A DNA stretch of 64,000 bases from NCBI GenBank assembly GCA_050273025.1, contig CP158636.1, positions 5,332,001 to 5,396,000 of the forward strand, read 5' to 3'. Below the pieces are notes generated by a model. The model worked only from the letters and a program-made list of their open reading frames with translations, searched no databases and had not been told where the DNA came from. Positions 1 to 11,048 of the stretch are shown here, one piece after another (the stretch's first letter is position 1; the number at the start of each line of letters is the position of its first letter). A program made the translations under genes and the position numbers. This DNA comes from Cenococcum geophilum. Taxonomy: Eukaryota.

Positions 1-236
1 GGTTTCTTTATACGTCTTAGTAGAGCTACTAGCGGTTCCAGAGGTGGTGTTGCTAATACGCGTTTAGGGGTTAAAGCAGCCATCAGGGCTCCGGGGCTTC
101 GTTCGGTGGGCTATAGGGGCCGCCTTACAGCGGGAACTAGCTAAACAAAAGACTAGGATTCGATTAAAAGAATGTCTGAGATAAATATCCTCCTCTTTTA
201 AAAGTTACTTGTCTAACCGTGACCAGTGCAAAATTA

Positions 237-1658
237 CAAGGGGGGGTAACATAAGCGGGCCAGCTGCCCTCCCTGCTAGCGTTGGCGCGGTATTAGCCAT
301 ATAAAGTATAGCTCTTGTAGTAATCTAATAATTTATAAGCAGCCGAAGAAGCTGCGAGAGCACAACCTAGAGGTAATATAAAGTAATTGAAATGCGAGAT
401 ATGATATACATTTTAATGTACATCTCGATATACATCTCAATATACATCTTAAAATGCCAAATCTTATACGCCATAAACGTGGCCACCATCTACCTCTAAT
501 GCTTAGCTATCTAGTTCTTCGAAATGCAGGAACCCGGCTATCCTTGCGCGAGCGTAATATCGCATATTCTCTTAGTCGCTATGCTGGTTGGACCCATAAG
601 AAGATCGGCAGCTCTCTTGGCGTCTCCCGCAGTGCAATCTCTGCCTCCCTCCAAAAGGATACCTGGACCCCTTAAAAGTAGAAAGGAAGAAAGCCAGATA
701 TCAATACTCCAACAAGAAAGCGCCTTATTGCGCGTGCTAAGCTTAATCGTTTCCACCAACAAAAGCTATTTAAAGAGATTGCATTCCTAGAGGGCGTCTC
801 TGCCTGCAAGCGATCTCTATACAAAGCCTTTAAAAAAGAGGGATATTTTTGCCGTATTGCGACGGAGAAGCCCCTTATTACACCTGAACAACGAGAGGCT
901 AGGCTAAAATAGGCCTATTCTTACCTTAAATGGACTCCTGAGATATGGGTAGCAGTAATATAGACTAATAAGGCGTCTATTCGAACCGGTGGAGGCCAGA
1001 TTTTTATCACTAGATGCGCTGAGGAGAAGTATAATATTGATTGCTATGTCCCTAAATTTAGGGGCTACTTAAGCTAGATAATTTATAGTAGCATCTCCCA
1101 TGGAAATAAGGGGCCTTTGGTTGTTTTTAAGAAGGACTAGTCGATTAAGCTTAGCTATAAGAAGAAGACAATAAATGGCGATGTATATCGTACGTATATA
1201 TGCCCTAATATTAAGGCTTTTATATGGGAGTTATGGCAAATACTACGACACCAGCCTATTCTTGTAGAGGATAATGCCTTAATTTACTTAGCAAAAGCAA
1301 CCCGCCTAGCCTGGGAGTAGAATAGCATGGTTATAATAGAATGGCCGGCAAATTCTCCAGATTTGAACCCAATTAAGAATATTTGGAGGCTATTAAAGGG
1401 GAGAATACAACGTAGATTTCCTACAATAAAAGAGGAGGTTAGGAGGTATGCAGAGGAGGAATGGGAGAAGCTCGAACCCGAAGACTTTAAGAAGTATACT
1501 GGCAATATAAGGGAGCGCTGCCTTGCTGTAATTGCTGCAGATGGGGGTCCTACAAAATACTGAATAAGCACTGTTTTTAATGTGGCAATGTGGCAATATA
1601 AGCACTAGCAGGAAGCGCTTGCAGGGAGGGCAGCTGGCCCGCTCATGTTACCCCCTTG
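237..1658 (+). mobile_element. Tc1/mariner (DD34E-type) DNA transposon, full length, RIP-inactivated
   Basis: ~45-bp TIRs: CAAGGGGGGGTAACATAAGCGGGCCAGCTGCCCTCCCTGC at 237; reverse complement of right end (to 1658) is CAAGGGGGTAACATGAGCGGGCCAGCTGCCCTCCCTGC. TA flanks at 235-236 and 1659-1660; transposase frame inside. Confidence 0.95.
454..1563 (+). pseudogene. Tc1-family transposase pseudogene
   Basis: One continuous frame 454-1563 with an N-terminal HTH-like segment, a decayed WTDE motif (TAG ACT AAT AAG at 961-972), EDNA and WPANSPDLNPIKN(=E)IW; several in-frame TAA/TAG stops explained by C>T/G>A transitions. Confidence 0.92.
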
Positions 1659-1743
1659 TAGTCGCTTAGAGCTTATTCTTTAGAGTCGTAGCTTAATTTA
1701 GCACGGTCTACCCCGGGGGCACCTCTGCGCCCCTACGCCTCTA

Positions 1744-1834
1744 CGCCTCTCCCTCCGCCTCTCCCTCCGCCTCTCCCTCCGCCTCTCCCTCCGCCTCTCC
1801 CTCCGCCTCTCCCTCCGCCTCTCCCTCCGCCTCT
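1744..1834 (+). repeat. 12-bp minisatellite (CGCCTCTCCCTC) x7.5
   Basis: Seven perfect copies 1744-1827 plus a partial copy; degenerate copies on both sides. Confidence 0.95.
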
Positions 1835-1975
1835 ACGCCTCTCCCTACGCCCCCACGCCTCTCCCTACGCCTCCCTATGCCTCCGCGTCTTTACGTCTTT
1901 ATGTCTGCGTCTATGTCTCCATACCTCTCTACCTAACACCCTATAAGACGTGCAAAGAAACGCACAAGGAGACGC

Positions 1976-2497
1976 AAGGAGACATGGGCAGAGACACGGG
2001 CAGAGGCACGAGCAGAGGCGCGAGCGGAGGCACGAGCAGAGACATGATGATGAGTAGAGCCACGAGTAGAGCCACGAGCAGAGGGACGAGCAGAGGGAGT
2101 AAAGGGGGCAGTTAAGATAGGAAAGTGGGTCGGTAGGGGTTGGGGGGGTGGGTCTAGATGAACTGTGTGCAGTTGATCTACAGGGGTAAATTAAGGCTTA
2201 GCTTTAACATTGCTTTTCTAGACGCCCCTTTCTACAGCATCTCTTCAATTCTGGTGGTTAGCGCAGCCACTTCCGCACGGCATTTTTGTAGGGGAAATTT
2301 TGATACTTTTGCTGTTTAGGGGAAAGTTGACAAAACACGCTAACCACGGGATGCGCCAGGATGCTGTACCTCTACACTCTGCTCGTGGCTCTGCTCGCGC
2401 CTCTACTCGTCGTGTCTCCACTCGTGGTTCTGCTCGTGCCTCTACTGCTCGTGCCTCTACTCGTGCCTCTACTGCCCGTGTCTTGCCCTGCCTCTCC
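1976..2497. repeat. Two degenerate 12-bp arrays (CAGAGGCACGAG-type) in inverted orientation around a dyad core
   Basis: Array ~1976-2098 on + and its reverse-complement version (CTCGTGCCTCTG/A-type) ~2377-2497; inner symmetric pairs 2233-2241/2360-2368 and 2254-2263/2338-2347. Confidence 0.8.
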
Positions 2498-3528
2498 TAT
2501 ATAAAAAGGGAGACGCATGGAGAGAGACGCGTAGGGGGAAACGCGTAGGGAAACGCGTAAAGCACAAGAAAGAGTAAAAATAGATAACGGGAAAGCTAAA
2601 ATAGGCCCCGAGTAGTGTCTTGGCTTCTTTTACCGCCTGCCGCCGCTGATCAAAAGATTCGCACCGTAAAGCTACTGCCAAGAGTTACTGTCTGGCCATC
2701 TTCCTTGGCTGGCTAGCACATGTCGCGAGTCCTCCAACCACAATTCTCAAAAATACGAAATATTCGTGATCAACCCTAGTTCTTTAATATATATGCAATC
2801 TCCACCCCACTAGCACCATCCGTTTCTCAAAAGCGGGGCCAAATTGCTATCTCGTGAGTATACTCTTCGACACGAACACTGCGGACTCAGGGAATGGTCG
2901 TCATGCGGTGCATCCACTTGAAATGCTTCTCTCCAATCAAGCGAGTACCATTAAACCCATTTCTTTTAGAGTCTCTAACCCTATCGAGAGGTTGATGTTA
3001 TCTTCGATTTGGTTAGGTAGATACCGTCTCTTGAGGCCCAAGTATTTGCAGAGATTTTTCTCTATTTTAATAGTTATGGTGTTCTGAATCTACCTCCCTT
3101 GACAATGAATTAAAAGCTTTCAATATTTACAATCTAAATCGCACATTTTGATTTGGTCAAGCAACAGCATGTTACCCCTGCTCACTGAGTATACGACGGA
3201 AGTCTGCAAGAATCCTGTCTATCAATCACCCTCTAGACGAATGGGTTTGCTCTACGGTTTGAGAGCCTTGTCCACCAGCCGCGCTCTAGGGGATTCGGGT
3301 ACAACGCTAGCATTTCAGTGTGGCCCTGGAATTTCCGGCCTGAGCTGTTCACGTGGTAAGATGATCTTATTATAGGATGGGGTTGTATCCCCACTTTGGC
3401 CCCCAAAATACATATATACAAACTATCTTTCCGTCAGTCACGAATTTAAATTCATTGTTTCTTTGTATAACCTACATCACCTTACCCAGAGTTCTACTAT
3501 CACCTCGAAGAGAGTCAACAAATTAGAT

Positions 3529-4296
3529 ATGGCAGGAGCCGGAAGAGACCATATTGTATCTGTTCCACCATTCTACCTCTTCATCCTAATCGCACAGATC
3601 GTTCTCGCCATCATCGTCCTTGGACTCGCAGCCTACAGCGCGACTTTCCATATCTGGTTTGGCGGAAACGGATATGCCTTCTTCTGTGTACGCATCCTCA
3701 GAAAACCCCATCCACATGTCTAACACAACACAGAGCATTGCTTCCTTCATTATTAATGGCTATTATATTGCCTCGACCCTCGCCCTCCCCGCAATCTACA
3801 ACTGCTGGGTTTTCCTGATTCTCGAATGCCTTCACGTCGTCTGGTGGCTGGCCTGCTGGGCTGATCTCGCCGCCTGGGCCTCAGCCTACAGCTCCGCTTA
3901 CGACATCACCACTCTCAGCCTTCCCAAGGCATGCTACTTCGACGCCGATTTTGAGATGGTCTGCGAGGATGCGAAGAAGCACAAAAACGCCATTGCTGCA
4001 GCCGCTGGTATCGGTGCTCTTTTATGGTAAGTCATACGCTTTCTTCCCTCACCGACGGTTCTCTCGGAGCAGAAACTGACCTCGCCAGGCTTCTTGCAAT
4101 AGTCTCGCTAGCCATCTTTGCTATCAATGTTCATCGTCATCGTACTTCGGGCTCGCCGTACACGGTGGGTGCTGCCTTGCGCTCCACGTCGCAGAACCCG
4201 CAAAGTGATGTCGGCAAAGAGGGGGCCGGTGCCCAGCAGACACCTCAGAGTTATCCAATGAATCAGCTGTCCGAGGTTTCCCGTGATCAGGTTTAA
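3529..4296 (+). CDS. MARVEL-like four-TM membrane protein (3 exons: ~3529-3687, 3734-4026, 4089-4296)
   Basis: Three ORF segments joined by GT-AG introns with branch sites; four hydrophobic helices; fungal MARVEL-type wording (QIVLAIIVLGLAAY; LECLHVVWWLACWADLAAWA; AAAAGIGALLWLL). Confidence 0.75.
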
Positions 4297-5174
4297 CGGA
4301 GTTCAAGAAGGTAACAGTACTATGGCGTTAGATATGGAGGTAGTGAATAACCAGAGCTTGACCGAATGATGTTTCAGCAGTTGAAATTTACTTTCTAGTT
4401 GCTTGGGACTGGGGAGTGGGTCGTTCATTCGGTGCGTTTTCTGATTGTAAACCTTCGCTAGACGATATCTATAAATGCACTTGTTTCTCTCGCATCTTGT
4501 GCTACACCATTTTGGTGTTATGGGGGATCTTGGATAGCTTCGGGATCTCGCAGAATGGTAACGGAGAAACAGTATTTGTGAGAACCCTTGGCCGAAATCA
4601 AGATGTCGGTCTCAGCTCGTGTACACTTACTGCAGCATAGCTGAACTGGTACTAGTTCAGCATAAAAATAAAACGTTCCTGATGACTTTCAATTTTTGAC
4701 TGCACGCGGCTTGAGGTAATCCACGCAATCTTATTATGTGGTAGGACTCAAGAGAAAATAAGGTCCACAGTGTAGAAGATTGCTTTGGTTACAATCTATT
4801 TGTATCTCCTACTGCTACCAGATGTCATTATCATAACATACGCTAATATATCAGCTAAATAATTGCAAAACACACTTTTGTAGAATCGCAGACACTCTTT
4901 CGTTAATCGTGTAGAAAGCACAAAGAAGCATGAATTTGCCAAATCCAATCTGCGCTATCACCGCATAGGCAGAGCCGGAATACAGATGTAACCAAATTAA
5001 GAAGATGAACATCATTAGATGGTATAAGATTGTGCGAGCGCAACGCACAAGCATAAAATAAGCAGTTCAAAAACTAACAAGATCCCCAAACTCACTGACG
5101 GAAAGAGAGCGGCAAAGTTTCTGAGAGAAAGAGAAAGAACTAATTAATTCGTCTTAGCGCACAGCCATACATAG

Positions 5175-7778
5175 CTAGTCATCCAGGATCTCAATATACT
5201 CTGCTTTCGCCTTGCCCTTAGAATTTCCGATCACGCTGCCTCTCCACAGCTTGGGTTTGTGGTCGACGTCTTGGGCGTCATCACCGTCTAGGTCCATAAC
5301 ATCTGCTTTTCTTTTCGCTGATTGATCCGAAGAACCGAACAGATGGTCGGGGGTGTGCAACTGACGAGGTGAGGGAGCTGCAGTGTCGGAACTGCTCGTA
5401 CTTGATGTTGGGAAATCTGGACTGTTGAGTGAAGGAAATTGAGATACAATCTGTTGTTGGCTAATCGGGTCTAAGCTGTAGGAAGTGTTTAAGAAATTGG
5501 GCCAATTTTGCGTTGGGGATGGAGTGGATGGCTGGAGGGTTGAGGTTGAGGATGCGTGGGATGGGCTGAGTGTGGAGCTGCTGTTTGAATTTGAACTGGA
5601 ACCGGAACTCGAAGCGGCCGCGTTGTAAAACGCACTGCACTGCTGGGGTGAAATTGTGTCGGTTCCTGGATGCGAGGCCAGTTGCGCAACTTGCATTCCT
5701 GTTTGGTACTGCGTGGGGCCGAACTGAGCTACCCGTTGCATTTGCTGCTGTATCTGACGCATCTGCTGCATCTGCTCAGCATGGCTGAGTTGAATTACTT
5801 GTTGACGCTGCGCCTGAAGCTTTGCCTGAAGCTGTGCCTGCAGCTGATGCTGCTGTTGTATCTGTTGCTGCAGTTGCGGTGACAGTACCATACTCTGCTG
5901 TAACTGCTGCAGAATATGTTGAGGCAGAGGTGCTGAACGCTGTTGCATCATCTGCATCACTACCCCTGGGAGCCTCATCTGTTGCTGAAGCAGTTGCGTG
6001 TTGTACCCATTCATCCCCAAGCCCTCTTCCGAGCACTTGAGAATCTCTAAATAATCTGGCGACCCTGGTGCTTCTGGCGATGAGGTTCTTTCCCTTGGCG
6101 ATTCGTCTTCAGCTGAGGGGTAAGAGTCGACATCCAGCATGCCGCACGTCTTCTCGTTCATCTTTCTGCGTTTGTCTTCTTCCAATCTCAGGTACTGGTC
6201 CCAGTACATGATGAGCTCGTTGCGTACCTCGCGAAAAGCTTCGACGTTCTCGTCTTCTCGCGCAACGCGTGCACGGTGGAGGAAGGCATGTTTGCCAATT
6301 CTGTTAAGACTGCCATCCATGTATTCCGCAAGCTGAGTATAAAACTTCTTAAGCTCAGTAAACATTGCGCGTATCGGAGGTTTGGGAGGGGGAGGAGTAG
6401 TTTGTGAGATGGTCTTCTCCCAAGTCTTCTTGTATTCATCAAAATCAGGATCCCCAGGCGCAAGGCGTGGAAAGTCTGTCGGAAGCATTGGGACAGAATA
6501 CAGGTTATTAGGCCCACCATTTCGGATGGGAATTGAGAGCATGAACGAGCCATTTGGTGCGCCCTCGTAGACTCCACATAATTTGGGCATTAGGACTTTC
6601 CGAAGCCTCATGAATGGTTCCACGATGCATTTTGTCTTTGTGAGAACTTCCTCATCTGACCAGGTGAAACCAGTAGTTACTATACGAACGTTAAGTCTGC
6701 AAAGGTTTTGTGATTTGCTCAAGATTCCAGAAACAGCTACGCCCACATAATCGCGGATGTCATAGATTTCAACCTCTTCGTCCCAAGAGTTCTGTATAGA
6801 CGTTTGCGGACGTCGTACAGGCCCCATCATAGGTACTGGCGCCATATTTTCAACGAGAATTTCAACATTATAATTTTTAACGGCTGAAAAATCGAAATGT
6901 TGAAGAAAATTTCCGGTAAGACCATCAGCACCTGGTGAAGGGCTCGCAGAAACTCCGACGTCAGTTTTTGGTTCGAGCAAGCGCCGGCCGCACATGAAAG
7001 TACCGTCTTTCCGGATATCAATAGTAAACGGAGTAACTCCATATAATAGATCCTTCGCTTCCGTGTAGAACTGGTGATTGACAAGCATCAAAGAGACGAC
7101 AGACCATCGTAAATTAGGAGAGGAATGCTGATGTTGCAGCGCAGCCCTGGCTGTTGGAATTATTGGTTGGGGGGGAGGTGGAGGCATTCCATTTACGTGA
7201 GGAACAATATGATAAGTAGGCCTGGCTTGATGAACATGCGAGGTGGAAGATCCAACCGGTCCATGCGGCATAAGATATCGGAATATCTCCAGCCGTAGTT
7301 CAAGAGGAAGCTTCAAGATATAGCAAGGTGTATCAGGATGGCCCGCATGCTCCCCGCAAAGTTCAAAGTAAGGTTTGGTCCATCTAAAAAGCCGTCCGCA
7401 TCGATTTCCGTGGACGCGGTCAGTGTACTGGCATCGGCCTGCAAATGATTGCTGCTCCCTGTGGGAGTAACAGGTCGGTAAATACAGAGAATTGCCATTG
7501 ATTCCATTACGAGAGTTGTATGTTCCCTTCCCAATAACTTTCTCACATCGTTTACCCGTTCGCTTATTGTATCCTGAACACCTTTTCAAATACCCATCTG
7601 GATCTTGATCAACAACGGAAGGTACCGTGGTAGAGGGAGGATGAACTAGGACTACGTCGGGTTGAGCAGGAGGTGCCGATTCGCACCGAGGCTGAGGTGA
7701 GGGAGAGTCTTCAATTTTGATTAGCGGCGCGACAGCAGAGAACGGGTAATCAAAGTCTATCATCGCAGAGCTTTGCAT
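5175..7778 (-). CDS. 867-aa protein: N-terminal Cys/His zinc-finger repeats, F-box-like motif, Q-rich and S-rich C-terminus
   Basis: Single long ORF; C-x-G...RC...CYSH and C...RCGR...CGEH motifs; ILKLPLELRLEIFRYL F-box-like motif; polyQ-rich region. Confidence 0.8.
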   Translation of the reverse strand: MQSSAMIDFDYPFSAVAPLIKIEDSPSPQPRCESAPPAQPDVVLVHPPSTTVPSVVDQDPDGYLKRCSGYNKRTGKRCEKVIGKGTYNSRNGINGNSLYLPTCYSHREQQSFAGRCQYTDRVHGNRCGRLFRWTKPYFELCGEHAGHPDTPCYILKLPLELRLEIFRYLMPHGPVGSSTSHVHQARPTYHIVPHVNGMPPPPPQPIIPTARAALQHQHSSPNLRWSVVSLMLVNHQFYTEAKDLLYGVTPFTIDIRKDGTFMCGRRLLEPKTDVGVSASPSPGADGLTGNFLQHFDFSAVKNYNVEILVENMAPVPMMGPVRRPQTSIQNSWDEEVEIYDIRDYVGVAVSGILSKSQNLCRLNVRIVTTGFTWSDEEVLTKTKCIVEPFMRLRKVLMPKLCGVYEGAPNGSFMLSIPIRNGGPNNLYSVPMLPTDFPRLAPGDPDFDEYKKTWEKTISQTTPPPPKPPIRAMFTELKKFYTQLAEYMDGSLNRIGKHAFLHRARVAREDENVEAFREVRNELIMYWDQYLRLEEDKRRKMNEKTCGMLDVDSYPSAEDESPRERTSSPEAPGSPDYLEILKCSEEGLGMNGYNTQLLQQQMRLPGVVMQMMQQRSAPLPQHILQQLQQSMVLSPQLQQQIQQQHQLQAQLQAKLQAQRQQVIQLSHAEQMQQMRQIQQQMQRVAQFGPTQYQTGMQVAQLASHPGTDTISPQQCSAFYNAAASSSGSSSNSNSSSTLSPSHASSTSTLQPSTPSPTQNWPNFLNTSYSLDPISQQQIVSQFPSLNSPDFPTSSTSSSDTAAPSPRQLHTPDHLFGSSDQSAKRKADVMDLDGDDAQDVDHKPKLWRGSVIGNSKGKAKAEYIEILDD

Positions 7779-8291
7779 TTTGCTATATTGTTGTGCCTGA
7801 AATAGGTTGATGAGCTATGCGCGCGGCTACGGCCAGAATGGCTGTTGGAAGCTCCAGCCTGATAATGCAACACGGCAAATGCATGCGCAATGGGACTTGA
7901 CGACCAAAAAACTTGGTGAAATTAAGTAATTAGTAAGAGTTGCAAGAGGGCGCAAAGCCGCGAGCAGCAGAAAGATTGAAGGATTCGCAGAGACGAGTGT
8001 CGAGGTGGTTAGCCGACGATTGAAGTTGCAGGCAAGCCCATTCAACGACGCGGCAGCCCGCTATGAATATCAAGGGCACAGCAGCTGGAAAGGTTGAGTA
8101 GAGTACTGAGGGAGGCTTTGTGATTATATATGGATGGAGGCCGCCTGCGATTACGGCCTTCTCCCGCCTCGTGGAGATTTTTGGGGGGAAAGAGCACGTG
8201 CATACCGCTCCCCCGAATTCTCTGCGAAGTGTCTGAGAGTAACCGAGCACTAAAATATACTAAAACTTAACTTTTTTACTGCCATAGCTTA

Positions 8292-8863
8292 TCCTTCCAA
8301 CGGTACAATTCGTCCTACCGTTATCGATAAGAGCCAGCCAATAGAATCGATAGGATCAAGCTCCGTGATAGAAGGGGTCGTAGAATCTGCCGATTTCCAT
8401 ATAACTATACACTCAATCTTTGGAATTAAGTCGTTTAAGATGAGGAAGCCAACACTCATCCTTTCTACAGAACGGGATTTTGCAGACAAAGCAGAAATGG
8501 ACCTCGGAGCTCTACGAGGCCTTTTCTAATCCTTAGTACCACGAGATTTATAAGTTATATTTGGCTGCGAGGAGGGATGAGTTCTTTTGCCTTCCGAGTC
8601 AGTGGAATTAAATATTAAGTCGATGGAATAAAGTCTATATCATTAAAAGTACGTTTGGTAGGCATGGTTAATTAATATAATTGACAGAATTTATATGGAT
8701 TATTATCCCTTATAACGATGGAATTCGTCCTACGGTTATCGATAAGGGCTAACCAATAGAATCAATAGGATCAAGGCTCCGTGACCATACGCGTACGATC
8801 TAACTCTCGTAGGGCGTACTTTTGGTTCTGGGTTTTTGGGTAGGACGCTACCGTTGGAGGGGA
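8292..8863. mobile_element. Non-autonomous piggyBac-like deletion derivative with an internal second end copy (8706-8784)
   Basis: Terminal IR TCCTTCCAACGGTA / TACCGTTGGAGGGGA with TA on both sides; subterminal block CGTCCTAC(C/G)GTTATCGATAAG..CCAATAGAATC repeated near 8310 and 8726; short minus-strand MPTKRTF.. fragment starting at 8665. Confidence 0.6.
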
Positions 8864-9212
8864 TACCTTTTTAATATCAATTACTTCCAAAATACTATAA
8901 GGTAAAGGCTCTCTAACTTCTCTATCTTTTATATTTAATTATAAAAGGAGACAAATGTTAGTATTTAAAATATTTAGTTACTACCAAAGCTATAACTATA
9001 AGCTCTTAGACAATTTAAAGGGGTAATAGGGAGCATTATGCACGTGCCCTCCCTTATTCTGATTTATCCCTTCGTCCGCTGAGACATTGCCAGCGCTAGC
9101 AAGGGTCTCGCTTGGCATAACAATTATGTCCTTTGCATACAAATTTATTAGTAATCTACATCATTTGAATGAAATCGCGTCCAGGCGTTCCCCCTAATTA
9201 TGCGCTCATGCA

Positions 9213-10974
9213 ATGGACGATACTTCCAGCCCACCTACGCAGGCCAAGAGGCAAAAAGCTCAATCCCTTGAAGATATACTCCTTAAACTTGGACCAATTA
9301 CTAGCGTCTCCTACGAGCCTTTTAAATGCGAGCCTCAGCAGACAGCAAAGGCACTCTTACCTACTTCCTTTCCTCCAAAACCACACCCATTTGACTACTT
9401 TAGCTTGTTCTTTACTCGCGATCTCTTTCAAACAATTACTACAAATACCAATCGATACGCGAGTATACAAAGACTACATATAATAAAGGAAAGGGCACGA
9501 GAATGGACAGATCTGCTTGTGGAGGAGTTATACGTCTTTCTCGGCGCTATTATATATATGGGAGTTCACGAGGAGCCTCAAATTGAGATGTATTGGAATT
9601 CAGACTTTAATAAAGGTCCTTTACACTTAATTACAAGCCATATGTCGCGTTGCCGCTTTGAGCAAATTAAGCGGTATTGCCATATTTCTTGTCCTGAGAG
9701 TGATGAACGAAATGGGTATCACTTACCTTCTAATAAGGTCTGGTGGTATAAGCTTGAACCTCTTGCTTCATCTATTCAAGCTTCCTCTCAACGATATTAC
9801 TCTCCTTCTTCTGAAGTGAGTATTGACGAACTTATGGTACGGTGCTTTGGTAGGTACGTACGTCTCTTTCTTCCTTCTCTACTACCCCGCTAATTATTAT
9901 AGATCCTTATATACGTATAAAATGCCAAAGAAACCAATTAAACAAGGGTATAAGATCTACGGAATCGCGGACCACGGATATATATTCAATTGGATTTGGA
10001 GCTCTAGAGAGAAGGGATTACAGGATATGGTTCTTCACCCAACCCTTACGAATACAGGGTGTCTCGTACGCAACCTTGCACTTTCCCTCCCACGCCGTTA
10101 CATTACAATATATATGGACAATTACTTTACGTTAATACCCCTATTTTCAGAGCTACGAGCTTGCAAATTTGGTGCAGTGGGTACTACGCGGCCACATAAG
10201 GAGTTTCCTACAGAATTAACGGAGATAAAGAACCGATTTGCTACAAAGCTTGCATGGAATACCCTTCTTGCGGCAGTAGTTCAGGATATACTTTGCTTAG
10301 CTTGGCAGGATAATAATATTGTCCTAGGTTTAAGTAATATCCATACTGTGGATAAGGCAGAAGACTTTCGAGCGAAGGAGAGAAGACGTCCTGCAAGGAC
10401 GTCTACAAATGGTCGAATCGTCCGGTGTATATTTGGTGACTCACCAATAAAAGAGCTTCAGATTCCCTGCTTTATTGATGATTATAATCAAAATATGGGA
10501 GGCGTAGATCTTGCAAATCAGTTTAGGGAAGTATACGAAACTCATAAGCCTACCTTTAGGAATTGGTGGCCCTTATTTTACTGGTTAATTGATATAGCTT
10601 GTGTAAATGCTTATAGACTATATCGATTACATATAGTACAGGAGCGTCCTCTTACGCACTTGCAATTCAGAATTGAGCTTTACTGTAAGCTTCTTGGGTA
10701 TTCTGAGAGGGCAAAGCTACAGAGCTTACGAGTAGGGCTAGGGGGTAAGAGGGTATTTAACCCTGATCTTCAGCATCTACACTACTGGGAAAAGCGTCCT
10801 AAAAGAGGCACTTGCGCGTGGTGTTCTTATCAATTAAAGTGCAAAAGGGTCTTAGGGAAAGGGGTAAATGGTGTACCAAAACGTTCAGTTGGAGGGTGTG
10901 TGTTTTGTAATGTGCCACTTTGTCTAGAGGGGGAGTGCTGGACGCGATTTCATTCTAATAATGTAGATTACTAA
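9213..10974 (+). CDS. piggyBac-family (PGBD/DDE_Tnp_1_7-type) transposase, ~570 aa, one intron 9854-9902
   Basis: Motifs MSRCRFEQI, VSIDELMVRCFGR, KMPKKPIKQGYK, YMDNYF, GAVGT, WQDNNIV, YNQNMGGVD and a C-terminal Cys-rich domain (CAWC..CVFCNVPLC..CW..FH); 49-bp GTACGT..GCTAAT..TAG intron joins the two ORFs in frame. Confidence 0.93.
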
Positions 10975-11048
10975 TAAATTTGTATGCAAAGGACATAATT
11001 GTTATGCCAAGCGAGACCCCCTTGCTAGCGCTGGCAATGTCTCAGCGG

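Noticed and set aside
1744..2497. Repeat arrays as CRISPR or as coding ORFs (e.g. ARASTARAST, 2300-2548)
   Set aside because: Tandem units without unique spacers in a eukaryote; the ORFs are by-products of 12-bp periodicity.
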